A DNA stretch of 64,000 bases from Mobula hypostoma. Taxonomy: Eukaryota. Location: positions 109,556,001 through 109,620,000 of the forward strand of contig NC_086107.1 of the NCBI RefSeq assembly GCF_963921235.1, in the 5' to 3' direction. Position numbers and translations under genes: made by a program. Below, piece by piece: positions 25,891 through 38,408 of the stretch. Position 1 is the first letter of the stretch, and every line of letters starts with the position of its first letter. The notes under the pieces were generated by a model. That model made no database searches and was not told where the DNA came from. It was given only the letters and a program-made list of their open reading frames with translations.

Positions 25891-25944
<54 letters not shown>
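25891..25944. repeat. (GT)27 microsatellite
   Basis: Directly visible. Confidence 0.97.
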
Positions 25945-25945
<1 letters not shown>

Positions 25946-26996
25946 TGTATCTATGAACTGCAAGGGAAAGAGCTCTCTTAAAAATTAGTGGACTACTTAC
26001 CCTCAGAGAAAGTTAGGCAAGATTACCATTTTATATCATTTGGACCACATTTGCAGATTAGCTGAGTGTCAAAGAGCACCAGTAAAGGTCTTGTTTCCTT
26101 GGTACACCGCACCTTCGTGACTATCTCAGTTCTATGTATTGGTCTGAAAGGGTTCAAGTTGCCCCATAGCTTCACCTCTCTCACTACAGCGTCCGGCCAG
26201 CAAGTCCGCAGGGTTCCATTCCCGTAACCCAAAAGGCTTGCGGGATAGAGATGGAAATGACCCATCTCCAGAAGACGTCCTCAGATCAGTAACTGGTGAA
26301 TCCATCTCCATCCAACCTTCTGGTCAGTCAAACTCTTGTTTGTTCATGCAGGGTCTCCAGAACCCAGGGAGATCTTGTACCTACTGAGATCCCTCAAAAC
26401 TAACACACCACGCATCACCCACTGTCATCCCACTTTGATCCTTCAAATAGCAGCACTCTATGTTAAAGATTAGCTTTATATGTCACGTGCACATTGAAAC
26501 ATGGGGAAATCCAACCAAATCAGCGAGGATTGTGCTGGGCAGCCCGCAACTGTTGGCACGCAACGCAGCGCGGCCACAACTCACCGACCCTAATCGTACA
26601 CGGAATGTGGGAGGAAACCAGAGCACTGGGAGGAAGCCCACATGGGCAAAGAGAGAACATACAAACTCCTCGCAGGCAGCAGCGGGAATTGGGCCGCGAT
26701 CTTACCGCTCTCACTGTAAGCCGCGATGCTAACTGCTAGAGCGTTGCCCTGTCCTCAGGAATTCCCACTACAAATCCTCTTCTGACCTCCCTCTCATGGA
26801 CTGCTTGTCCCACTCCCGTCAGAGAGGAGGCCACGTAGCATCCACACCATAGCAACCAGACTCAAAAACAGTTCCCTTCCCCAAGCAGCAAGGCTGATCG
26901 ACACCTCCACCCACCAACTCCACCACAACTTTATCATTTCCTATCAGTCACCTTATGTACAGACACTCCTGTGCCTAGTTTCACTTAATGGACATA

Positions 26997-27302
26997 GTAA
27001 AGGCATCCGTTAGTCTTGCAAGACCATGGATCTGCGCCTGGAAGGTCTTCACTCTCCAGGGCGCAGGCCTGGGCAAGGTTGTATGGAAGACCAGCAGTTG
27101 CCCATGCTGCAAGTCTCCCCTCTCCACGACACCAATGTTGTCCAAGGGAAGGGCATTAGGACCTAGCTTGGCACCAGTGTCGTCACAGAGCAATGTGTGA
27201 TTAAGTGCCTTGCTCAAGGACACAACATGTTGCCTCGGCTGGGGCTCGAACTCACGACCTTCAGGTCACTAGTCCAATGCCTTAACCACTTGGCCACGTG
27301 CC
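26997..27302 (-). mobile_element. Young tRNA-headed SINE (~305 bp)
   Basis: A-box tggccaagtgg, B-box gttcgagcc; 15-bp TSD cactt(a/t)atggacata at 26982-26996 and 27303-27317. Confidence 0.88.
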
Positions 27303-28746
27303 CACTTTATGGACATACAATCAATGTATTCAACTATCTTACATAGTGTCTGTGTCTTCTTCCGTGCCTCTTTAATTATTGTGTTCTTTATCTTATGTTT
27401 TTTAATGCTGCATTAGATACAGTACAATTATTTCATCTCCTTTACACTTGTGTAATGGAAATGACATTAAACAATCTTGAACTTCTTAGAAGACTCTATA
27501 CTGACTTTGCTAACTGCTTATTTTAATTTCTTTTTATAACATAGTTTTTTTAAATCTATTGCACTGTACTGCTACTGGAAAACTACGAACCTCATGACAG
27601 AGTGTGTCATTGCTGATAAACCTGAATCTGATTCATTCTGGTGTGACTGAGTCAAATTGCACCACTCGAGTCAAGAGTCAAGTGCCTCACGACCTGGCGG
27701 ACTGCGTCGATACCACAATGGGAAGGCAAGCCGCTCGGCCAGGCAACGCGCTTACGCAAGGAGAGACCGAGAAACTGGATTATGTACTACCCAACCTATT
27801 TATACAAGCGAAAGACAGCTTGTGCAGAACTGACAAAAGTTTGCAAGAGTTGAACAGTATCAGGGGAAATGAAGCCTCAAAGTTCTAGATACCCAAGTTC
27901 AACCTGAACCTCTGGTGCCATCTGAGTGGAGTCTGCACGATTCTCCCTATGACACGGAACATAAGTGCGGATCAGCCCACAACATTGTGTCAACTTCCCA
28001 AACTTACTCCAAGATCGGTCTAACACTTCCCTGCCACATAGCCTTCTATATGCCAGCTCACTCTTAAGCTTTAAGAATAAATTGGATAAATACACAGATG
28101 GGAGAAGTCTGGAGGGTTATGGACTGGGTGCGGGTCAATGGGACTAGCTGAATAAAGTTTCGACACAGACTAGAAGGGCCGAATGGCCTGTTTTCTGTGC
28201 TGTAGTGTTCTATGGTTCTATTGTATCTGCCTCAATCACAACTACCCCCCCCCAAAAAAAACGGGGCATTCCATACACCCACCACTCTCCGTCAAAACTT
28301 AACCTCTGACATCCCCCCTTGACTTTCCTCCCAACACCTTAAAATTATGGCTCCCTCACGTTAGCCAAACGAGTCTCTGGCTGCCCACTCTGTCTATGCA
28401 CCTCATCACCTTGAGCATCTCTATCGAGCCACCTCTCATCCTCCTTCACTTCAAAGTGAGACACAGGATTAACAGTCAGCAACGGGATCCTTGACTTCCT
28501 GACCAACAAGCCACAATAATCTAACAAATTTCGAACGGCCTAAATACAGTAGCTGTGGAGAGGATGTTTCCATTAACGGCAGAGTCTAAATCCAGAGAGG
28601 GCACGGCTTCAGAAAAGAAGGACGTCCCCTCAGAGTAGAGATGAGAGGAATTCTTTAGCCAGAGGGTGGTGAATCTGTGGAATTCATTGCCACAGATGAC
28701 CGTGGAGACCAAGTCATTGGGTATATTTAAACTGGAGGTAGAGTGT

Positions 28747-29061
28747 GGGCATGTGGCCAAGTGGTTAAGGCATTGGACTAGCAACCTGAAGGTCGTGAGT
28801 TCGTGAGTTCGAGCCCCAGCCGAGGGAACGTGTTTTGTCCTTGAGCAAGGCCCTTAACCACACATTGCTCTGCAACGATACTGTATGAGTCCTAATGCTC
28901 TTCCCTTGGACAACATTGGTGTCGTGGAGAGGGGAGACTTGCAGCATGGGCAACTACTGGTCTTCCATACAACCTTGCCCAGGCCTGCGCCCTGGAGAGT
29001 GAAGACTTTCCAGGCGCAGATCCACTGTCTCGCAAGACTAACGGATGCTTTTACTTTTTAA
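28747..29061 (+). mobile_element. Second copy of the young tRNA-headed SINE, inside a CR1 3' end
   Basis: Highly similar to the 26997 copy; TSD agagtgt. Confidence 0.88.
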
Positions 29062-30577
29062 AGAGTGTTTTTGATTAGTAAGGACACCAAAGGTCACAGT
29101 GAGAAGGCGGGAGAATGGTGTTGAGAGGGATAATAAATCAGCCGTGATCAAATGGCAGAGCAGACTCGATGGACCGATTGCATTCCCTCTCCGATGGACT
29201 AACTCAATATGGAAATCAGCAGCACCTCTGACACGATCATCTTCAACGCTAGTGCCCCACAAGACACTGTCCTCAGCTCCTCAATGTGTACTCACGACCG
29301 TGCGGCCAGATTCTACTCCATCTTCGTCTACAGGTTTGCAGACGACACCACTGCAGCGGGGCTGGGCCGCAAATAGAGACGAGACGGAGGGCAGGAAGGA
29401 GGCGAGAACACCTCGTGACATGTTGTTGTTGCAACCACCTTTCCCCCAACGTCACGACTTTAGGAAGTGGGGTCAGATCACACACCCTCGGATGCGTCAA
29501 CATTGCTGTGCTGAACACTGCCCAGAGCTTCAAGCTCCGAAGAGTGAAATCACCTTGCTCTGGTCCAACCATGTAGACCATGCGGCCAGAATATTCTTGG
29601 ACCAGAGCAATGCCTTTACTCCCTCAGTAGGCTACAGAAATTTGGCACATCCTCAATGATTCAATGTTTAAAGATGCTCCCGACCATTGATCACATCCAC
29701 AAGAAATGCTATCGTAGGAAAGATCCTCACCACCAGACCATGCTCTCTCCCCACTGCTTCCATCAGGCAGAAGACGACATGAATATAATCCGATAATAAA
29801 CTTGATGCTGAACGTTTTAGAAAACATGCTGTCCGGATGCATTGCAGCTGGTTATGTACTTGTTCTGCCTGAAATTGCAGAAAGTTGTCGACAAAGCTCC
29901 ATCCATCATGAAAACCAGCCTCTGTCTACACTTCCAGCTGCCTCGGGAAACCAGTCAATGAACAGAGATAAAGATAGAGAATTAGGTTTATCTGTCACAT
30001 GTATATCACAATATACAGTGAAATGCGTCATTTGCATAAAAGTCAAATCGGCGAGGACAGCGCTGAGAGCGGCCTGCAAGTGCCGCCGTGCCTCTGGTGC
30101 CCACATTGCAGGCCCACAACTTACCGACCCTAACCCCTGCGCCTTCGGAACATGGGAAGAAACCCAAGTGGTCGTGGGGAGAACGTACAAATTCGTGACA
30201 GGCAGCAGCGGGAATCGAACCCAGATCGGTGATTGAACCCAGATAAAGCGATTGCATTAACTGCTACCGTGCTGCCCTCAGACAGGATGAAAGACCCCAC
30301 CCACCCAGATATTCTCTTTTCAAACCCCATTCCATCGAGAGGAAGCTATAAGCCTTAAAAAAACACACACACACACACACACCAGACTAGAGGCCACCAT
30401 GTACCCTGCTGTTTTAAGAAAATTCAATGAACCGCTTTTCCGATGACCTCAAACTAACTTTCCATCATCCTTGCACCTTATTTCATATCTGCACTACTCT
30501 TTCTGTAACTGGAACACAACACTCAGTGGCTACTCTATCAGGTACACATGCACATTAATGTAATATTCAAACAGCCA

Positions 30578-31457
30578 GTCCAGGCTGTTATAGCCGGGGG
30601 TGGTATTTACAACTCTTCCCTTGGAGGGTCAGACACCCTGAGCCAATAGGCTGGTCCTGGACTTATTTCCTGGCATAATTTACATATTGCTATTTAACTA
30701 TTTATGGTTTTATTACTATTTAATTATTTACAGTGCAACTGTAAAGAAAACCAATTTCCCCCAGGATCAATAAAGTATGACTATGACTAATGGGGATAGG
30801 CTCCCACTACCTATTAAATGTTCCCAATGGAATGCGCCTCAAATATCCTCTGACAGCCAAGTCCAGCTCCTGGCCTTCACGTGTGGCTTTAGCTACTAAG
30901 CCCTGTGGAACCCTTTCTACTGACTGGAGAAGGGGCAAAGATGGGTTGCTGGCACCTCAAAACCAGTCACTTCGGGCAGATGGGGCCTGTCAGACGTGGC
31001 TGGCTGCTCATTGAGAAGGAAAACTCTGATCTCAAACCTCTGCCATATATATTTTTTTAATTCTTCTTGCTTCTCTTCTATTATTTGTATATCTGTGCAC
31101 CTGTAATGCTACTGTGACTATTGATCCCAAAGGAAATTAAAAAGCATCTATCTACCCACTCATGGGGAAGGATTCAGGAGTAAACCCTGAGGGAAAAATC
31201 AAGAGCTGGAGTCCCTAAGGCAATCCTACTTTGAGTTCAACGCTGACGGGCAATTCCCGCAACTCTACTGGTGACGAACTCTATCAGTCTCTGCTATTCT
31301 TTTGGACTCATCAGCCGTGCAGAGAGGGGGAGCCTACTGCATGGGCAACAGCTTGCTGTCTATATCGTACTGCCTTGGCCTGCATACCGTCCTGCAGATC
31401 GCGCAGACACCGAGGATGCAGTATCCATGGCCAATCCCAACCAACAATGGTCCTTGC
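30578..31457 (+). mobile_element. Probable RTE-derived short element with a nested Rex1 3' tail (~30606-30788), inserted into a Tc1 derivative
   Basis: TSD aa(a/t)cagcca at 30569-30577 and 31458-31466; nested tail matches 218-415. Confidence 0.6.
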
Positions 31458-31882
31458 AATCAGCCAATCATATGGCAGCAAATCAATGCATTAAAGCATG
31501 CAGACATGGTCAAGAGGTTCAGTTGTCGTTCAGACCAAACATCAGAATGGGGAAGAAATGTGATCCGAGTGACTCTAACCATGGAGTGATTGTTGGTGCC
31601 AGATGGGGTGGTTTGAGTATCTCAGAAACTGCTGATCTCCTGGGATTTTCAAACACAACAGTCTCAAGAGTTTACAGAGAATGGTGTGAGAAACAAAACA
31701 AAATCCAGTGAGGGGCAGTTCTGTGGGCAAAAATGCCTCATTTTCAGAGGAGAATGGCCAGGCTGGTTCAAGCTGACAGGAAGGGTGACAGCGACTCAAA
31801 TAACCACACGTTACAACAGTGGCGTGCAGAAGAGCATCTCTGAATGCACAACACGTCAAACCTTGAAGTGGATGGGCTACTT
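31458..31882 (+). mobile_element. Tc1-like derivative (left TIR displaced to ~30520)
   Basis: MGKKCD...IVGARWGGLSISETADLLGFSNTTVSRVYREW HTH remnant. Confidence 0.85.
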
Positions 31883-31889
31883 TTGAACA

Positions 31890-32342
31890 GAAATACATTT
31901 ATCAACGTGGAGCGGACAGCAAGTGTGTAAATCCAGCAGGAGCAAGGGATGTCAGGAATGGCAAGGGTGGAGTACCGCGGGAGAGGTGCGGGACGGGTGG
32001 CAGAGGAGTGCCAGACTCGGGGGGCAGGCGGGGTATGGCACAAGTCCAGCCCTGAGACACCAGGCAATAAATTGGTTTACTGATCAGTACAGAACGCCTC
32101 TCTGGTACTTCCCTCTCCCTTTTCCAAATCATGATTCCTCTCTCCCTGCCTCCTTCCCACTCTCAGTCCACAATAGAGACCCGTATCAGAATCTGGTTTA
32201 TCATCACTCACATGTCATGAGATTTGTGAATTTTTTTGTGACAGCAGTACAGTGCAATGCATAAAATTACTACAGTCCTGTGCAAAAGTTTTAGGCACCC
32301 TAGCTATAAATATGTGCCCAAGACTTTTGCATGGTACTGTAT
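31890..32342. mobile_element. Tc1-TIR MITE copy ending in a ~70-bp TIR-TIR palindrome
   Basis: Interior shared with 36698-37235; tacagtcctgtgcaaaagt...gacttttgcatggtactgta. Confidence 0.75.
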
Positions 32343-32382
32343 ATACGTATTGCAATTTTGTGTCTTTTTATATTATAATGTA

Positions 32383-33018
32383 CAGTCGGCCTTCCGTATC
32401 CGCAGGGGATTAGTTCCGGGACCCACTCCCCTCCCGCGGATACCAAAATCCGCGGATGGTCGTCCCTTATATAAAAGCTGAAGAGAGCTGGTAAGAGTGT
32501 TACGAAAAGCGAAAATAGCGTCCAGCGTTTGTTTTGCAGCGAGCCGTTACAGAGGCAGCGCGCACCCCAAGCAGCAAGAGTGCCTTATCTCGGTTTATTT
32601 TGTGCATCTGTTAGCAAGATGGGTCCTAAGGTATCAGAAAAGCCTAAGAGAGCTCGTAAGGGTGTTACGCTTAGCGTAAAACTGGACATAATTAAGCGTT
32701 TCGATCGTGATGAACGAGATAAAGAGATTGTGCGTGCGTTGAACTTGCCTGCGTCCACCATTCGTACTATTTACACGCAGAGAGAAAGAACCTTGAAAGC
32801 TGTCGATGTTACTATTGGTTCTGCTAGTAGCATATCATTCCTGCTTTTACTATATGTTAGTGTTATTTTAGGTTTTGTGTGTTATTTGGTAGGTTTTTTT
32901 TGGGTTCGGCTTACGAAAGGTTTCATTGGAACGCTCTACTTTCGGACAGCGGGGGGTACTTGTACAGTACTTTCGATCCACGGTTGGATTTGAGTCCGCG
33001 GATACGGAGGGCTGACTG
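32383..33018 (+). mobile_element. Tigger/pogo-like deletion derivative retaining a CENP-B/psq-type HTH ORF (ATG 32619)
   Basis: 21-bp TIR cagtc(g/a)gcc(t/c)tccgtatccgc, TA on both sides; MGPK...RKGVTLSVKLDIIKRFD...LNLPASTIRTI. Confidence 0.9.
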
Positions 33019-33712
33019 TATTGCATTGTACTGCTGCCGCAAAACAACAAATTCCATGACGTGCCGGTGATATTGAACCAGATTCTGATGTCATATTCCA
33101 AATGTACAGCGAAATGAAATGGTCACTATCAATGCCAACCATGCTATCCAACGATGCCAATCTCATGTGCCCATGTCAAGTCTGCATCCCCCTACTCCTC
33201 TCCTGTCCGAAATCCATCTAAATGTTACTTACGTAGAGATACAGCACAGTAACAGGTCCTTCCAACCCAACGAGCCCAATGTCGCCCACGTGACCAACCA
33301 ATCTTCTCACCCGTACACCTTTAGGATTTGGGAGGAAACCAGAGCACCCAGAGGAAACCCACATAGTCACAGGGAGAACGCACACACTCTTTCCAGACAG
33401 TCACAGAACTGAATCTGGGTTGTTGGCGTGTAACAGTGTTACACTAACTGCTATGCAAACGTGCCATTTTAATTGTTAATAGATTTATTTATCGATGAAG
33501 GCCTTCTGGGCCTTGCCACTCAGCTATCACCCCATTTAACCCTGGCCTAATCACAGGACAATTTACAATAACCAATTAACCTACCCACCAAGTGGCTCTT
33601 TGGACTGTGGGAGGAAACCAGAGCACTTGGAGGAAACCCACATGGTCACAGGGAGAACGTACAGGAATTGAACCTGGGTCACCAGCACGGTAAAGCGTTG
33701 GGCTGGCCATCA

Positions 33713-34492
<780 letters not shown>

Positions 34493-35680
34493 CAACAATA
34501 AAGTCCCACAGCTTTCCCTGACTGCTTGCCCCCACACCCCCCGCCCCGAGGATTCTAATCCCACCTCACCCGCGTTTCCCAGCTTTTGACATAGTCAATC
34601 AATGAAATACCTACCTCTGCGGCAGTAAGCGTTAAACCATTGCAAAAACTCATCTACTTCAGTGGCAGGAAAATCTACCATCCTTACCTGGTCTGACCTC
34701 AGGGCGACCTCAGACTCCAAAATGGAGCTGGCTCCTAATGGACCTCTGAAACGACCCAAATTATCACCCATGCTGGAAGGGGAGAGGGACTGGCACGACA
34801 AGGGCCGAGCAGGAACACACACAGAATGCTGGAGGGACTCAGCAGGTCGGGCAGCATCCACGGAGGGAGTAGCCAACATTTCGGGCCGAGACTCTTTCTG
34901 CACACCAAGGGATGTGCAGTGCTGGCCACAATATCCAATGACAGACAAAATGGCAGCTCTAATAAAGTTTAGGAAATAGTGGACTATGTCAAGGATCAGA
35001 AAGAGAATTTATAAAAAACCCTCACCAGAAAATGGTTATCACAGGAGAGCCCCACTTTAAATGTATGGATGGAAATTACAATGGACATTTACAAAATGGA
35101 GAGGATAACAGCATCTGTTAATCATAAGTTGGAACAATTTGATTCATACTGGGAAAAATGGTTTAACTACACAAGACCTCATAGTCATAGGCCTGATTTT
35201 ATTCTCACAAGTCAATGACTATGTTGTAAAAAAAAATCACTCCCTACTTTGTACATAGTTTTCTTCTTTTGATTGTTCTTTCTTTCCTCTCCTTTCTATA
35301 AGTGTATACCTCGGATAAATATTATGTGGAGATTTGTGACAAATATATGTACAGTACCTGAAATACATCTTATGGAAATGTTTGTTTGATGAACTTCAAT
35401 AAAAAAATAAATTACAAAAAAAAAGAAAGAATTTATTATCACTGATGTACACTTTGTGGTTACTTTATTAGATACTTCCTGTGCCTAATAAAGTGGGCAC
35501 TGAGAGTGTATGTTCATGATCTTCTGCTGCTGTAGCCCAACCACTTCAGGTTTGATGTGCTGCGTGTTCAGAGATGCTGTTCCGCACGTCACTGTTATAA
35601 TGCATGGGTCATTAGGGTTGCTGTCACCCTCCCGTCTGCTTGAAGCAATCTGACCAACCTCCTCTGCCCTCTCTCATGAG

Positions 35681-36118
35681 CAAACAAGAGAAAATCTGCA
35701 GATGCTGGAAATCACACACACACACACACACAAAATGCTGGAGGTACTCAGCAGGCCAGGCAGCATCCACAGAAAAAGAGTAAACAGTCGAGGTTTCGGG
35801 CCGAGACCCTTCTTCAGGACTGCAGAGAGGAAAAAAAAGATGAGGAGTCAGAATAAGAAGGTGGGGGGAGGGGAGGGGAAGAGGAAGCATAAGGGAATAG
35901 GTGAAACCGGGGGAGAAGAGGTGAAGGGAAGAGCTGGGAAGTCGATTGGTGAAAGAGATACAGGGCTGGAGAAGGGAGAATCTGATAGAGGACAGAAGGC
36001 CATGCGAAGAAAGAAAAGGGGGAGGAGCACCAGAGGGAGGCGATGGGCAGGTAAGGAGATAAGGTGAGGGGGGGAATGGGAATGGTGAAGTAAAGGGGAG
36101 GGGGGTGGCAGATTTTCT
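35681..36118 (-). mobile_element. Penelope pseudo-LTR (hammerhead motif 35785-35822) inserted in a minus-strand Tc1 derivative (~35450-36640)
   Basis: CAGUC-CUGAAGA-AGGGUCUCGGCCC-GAAA-CC-UC-GACUG; purine-rich tract shared with 5267-5700. Confidence 0.8.
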
Positions 36119-36313
36119 CTTCTTTGTAATCCGACTACCACAATGAAGTCTCTTCCAGGGATGCCTACCCTGAAGAAATTTAAATCTTCCCTTCGACGCA
36201 AGTTCAGTGAAACCCTCTTTCACTGCTCCCCCTCTGTGATCTCTGCTGCCCCCCTCGTTATCAAGAACTGCAGCTCACTGGATTTTTTTCTGTTCTTCCT
36301 GCAAACTCTAGAG

Positions 36314-36394
36314 CAGGGGGTTCCCAAGCTGGGGTCCACGGACCCCTTGCTTAATGGTGTAGGTCCATGGCATTAAAATGGCTGGGAACCCCTG
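36314..36394. mobile_element. ~80-bp hAT-Charlie MITE (relatives at ~8612-8680 and ~13111-13181)
   Basis: cagggggttccca / tgggaacccctg; TSD ctctagag / atctggag. Confidence 0.8.
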
Positions 36395-36697
36395 ATCTGG
36401 AGACTGTTGTGTGTGAAAATGCCAGCGATCAGCAGTCTCTGAGATACTCAAACCACCCCGTCTGGCACCAATCATTTCAGTCAAAGTCATTTAGATTACA
36501 TTTCTTCCCCATTCTGATGTTTGGTCTTAACAACTGAACCTCTTGACCATGTCTGCATGCTTTTATGCATCGAGTTGCTGCCAGATGACTGGCTGATTAG
36601 ATATTTGAATTATTGACGTGTACAGGTGTATCTAATAAAGTAGCCTGTCTTGACATTTACCGCAAAGTAACACAGTGCAAAGACAAAAATTATGATA

Positions 36698-37235
36698 CAG
36701 TACTGTGCAAAAATCTTAGGCACATATTATATAGATATATCTATCTCCAGGGTGCCCAACACTTTTGCACAGTACTGTATTTGTCAACATGGAGTGGAGA
36801 GCGAGTCCATAAATCTGGCAGGAGAATAGAATGCTGGGAATGGTGAGGGTGGAGTGATGTGACAGGGGAGTGGGACAGGTGGCACAGAAGGAGTGCCAGG
36901 GTCGAGGGAGGGGGGGTGCTGGCATGGGTGCAGACACACACAGCCCTGAGACACCAGGCAAGGTCATTTGATTCCAAACAATTGGAATATTGGTCATTAC
37001 AGACTGTCTCTCTGGTGCTTCCCTCTCCCTTCCCCTTTTCCCAACCATGATTCCCCCTCCCTGCCCCCTTCCCAGTCTCAATCCACAATAGAGACCCATA
37101 TCAGAATCAGCTTTATCACCACTCACATGTGTCATGATTTTATTTTTGCAGCAGTGCAGTGCAATACATAAAATTACTACAGTCCTGTGCAACAGTCTTG
37201 GACACTGTATACGTGCACCTCAGACTTCTGCAGTG
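36698..37235. mobile_element. Tc1-TIR MITE with a TIR-TIR palindrome at each end
   Basis: cagtactgtgcaaaa...acttttgcacagtactg at 36698-36777; degenerate second pair from 37180. Confidence 0.75.
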
Positions 37236-37884
37236 CAAAAGAGAAATAGAAATACCATCGACAAGATTCACTGGAACAATGCAGCAAGTGCAAGCCCTTC
37301 AGCCCACAATATTGTGCTATCCCTTTAACCTACTCCAAGATCAATTAACCCTTCCCCTCCTGCATAGCTCTCCATTTTCCTTCATCCCTGCGCCCACACA
37401 AGAGTCTCTTAAAGGTTCCTAATGAATCTCCTTCTGTCACCACCCCTGAAAGTGCGTTCCAGAAGCTTGCCACTCTGTGGGGGGGGGAGGGGGGGAACGT
37501 ACCTCTGATATTTCTCCAATCACCTTAAAATTATGGGCCTCCCCCCATATTCTTCCAACAATATACTCTCAGGCTGTGACCGCTGCAGCCAAGGACAAAG
37601 GCCAATTGTTGGCTTCCCCTCAAGTCGTACACGATCCTAGCTTGGAAATACATCCCTGTTCCTTCATCACTGGGTCTAAACCCTCAGAATTAGAATATTC
37701 AAAGTTCAAGTTCAAAGTAAATTCATCACCAAAGTACACGTACGTCACTGTGCACTACCTTGAGATTCATTTTCTTCCAGGCATTCACAGTAGGACAAAG
37801 AAATACAGTAAAAGCTGCACACTAACACTGACGAACAACCAACGTGCAAAAGAAGAGAAACTGCGCAATTTTTTTTAAAAAACC

Positions 37885-38408
37885 GTGGAGCACTGAGAGC
37901 TGTTTTGGGCCCCTTATCTTAAAGGATGTGCTGGCTCTGGAGAGTGTACAAAAGTGTCTCACGAAAACGATTCCAGGAATGAGAGCCTTGTCATATGAAG
38001 AACGTTTGACAGCTCTGGGCCTGTGCTCACTGGAGTCCAGAAGAATGAGGGGTGGCTTCTTGGAAACCTATCAGAATGGTGAAAGACCTCAATAAAGTGG
38101 ACGTGGCGAGAGGATGGTTCCTGTAGTGGGAGAGTCTAAGACAAGAGGACACAACTTCAGAATACAGGGGCATCCTTACAGAACAGAGATGAGGAGGAAT
38201 TTCTTTAGCCAGGAAATGGCGGTCACAGGTGGCTGTGGAGGCCTAGTCTTTACATATGTTTAAGGAAGAGGTTGATATATTCTTGATGGGTCAGGGCATG
38301 AAGGGGTATGGGGGGTGGGGTGCAGAGACTGGGGCTGAGAGGGAAAATGTCAAGAGCAGACTGGGTGGGTCAAATGGCCGAATTCTGCTCCTATATCTTT
38401 TGGTCTTG
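37885..38408 (+). mobile_element. CR1 3' fragment
   Basis: KDVLALESVQ...LSYEERLTALGL. Confidence 0.8.

Noticed and set aside
28747..28820. tRNA gene
   Set aside because: A and B boxes are the head of a multi-copy SINE with a shared body and TSDs
30860..30940. Twister-ribozyme-like motif (ctcc...ctaagccc...ggagaagggg)
   Set aside because: Lacks the UAA cleavage loop, a pairable P1 and the conserved G positions; the resemblance is only partial
32529..32993. Domesticated TIGD/CENP-B-like gene
   Set aside because: Only the first HTH is present, inside intact TIRs with a TA TSD; it is a deletion derivative
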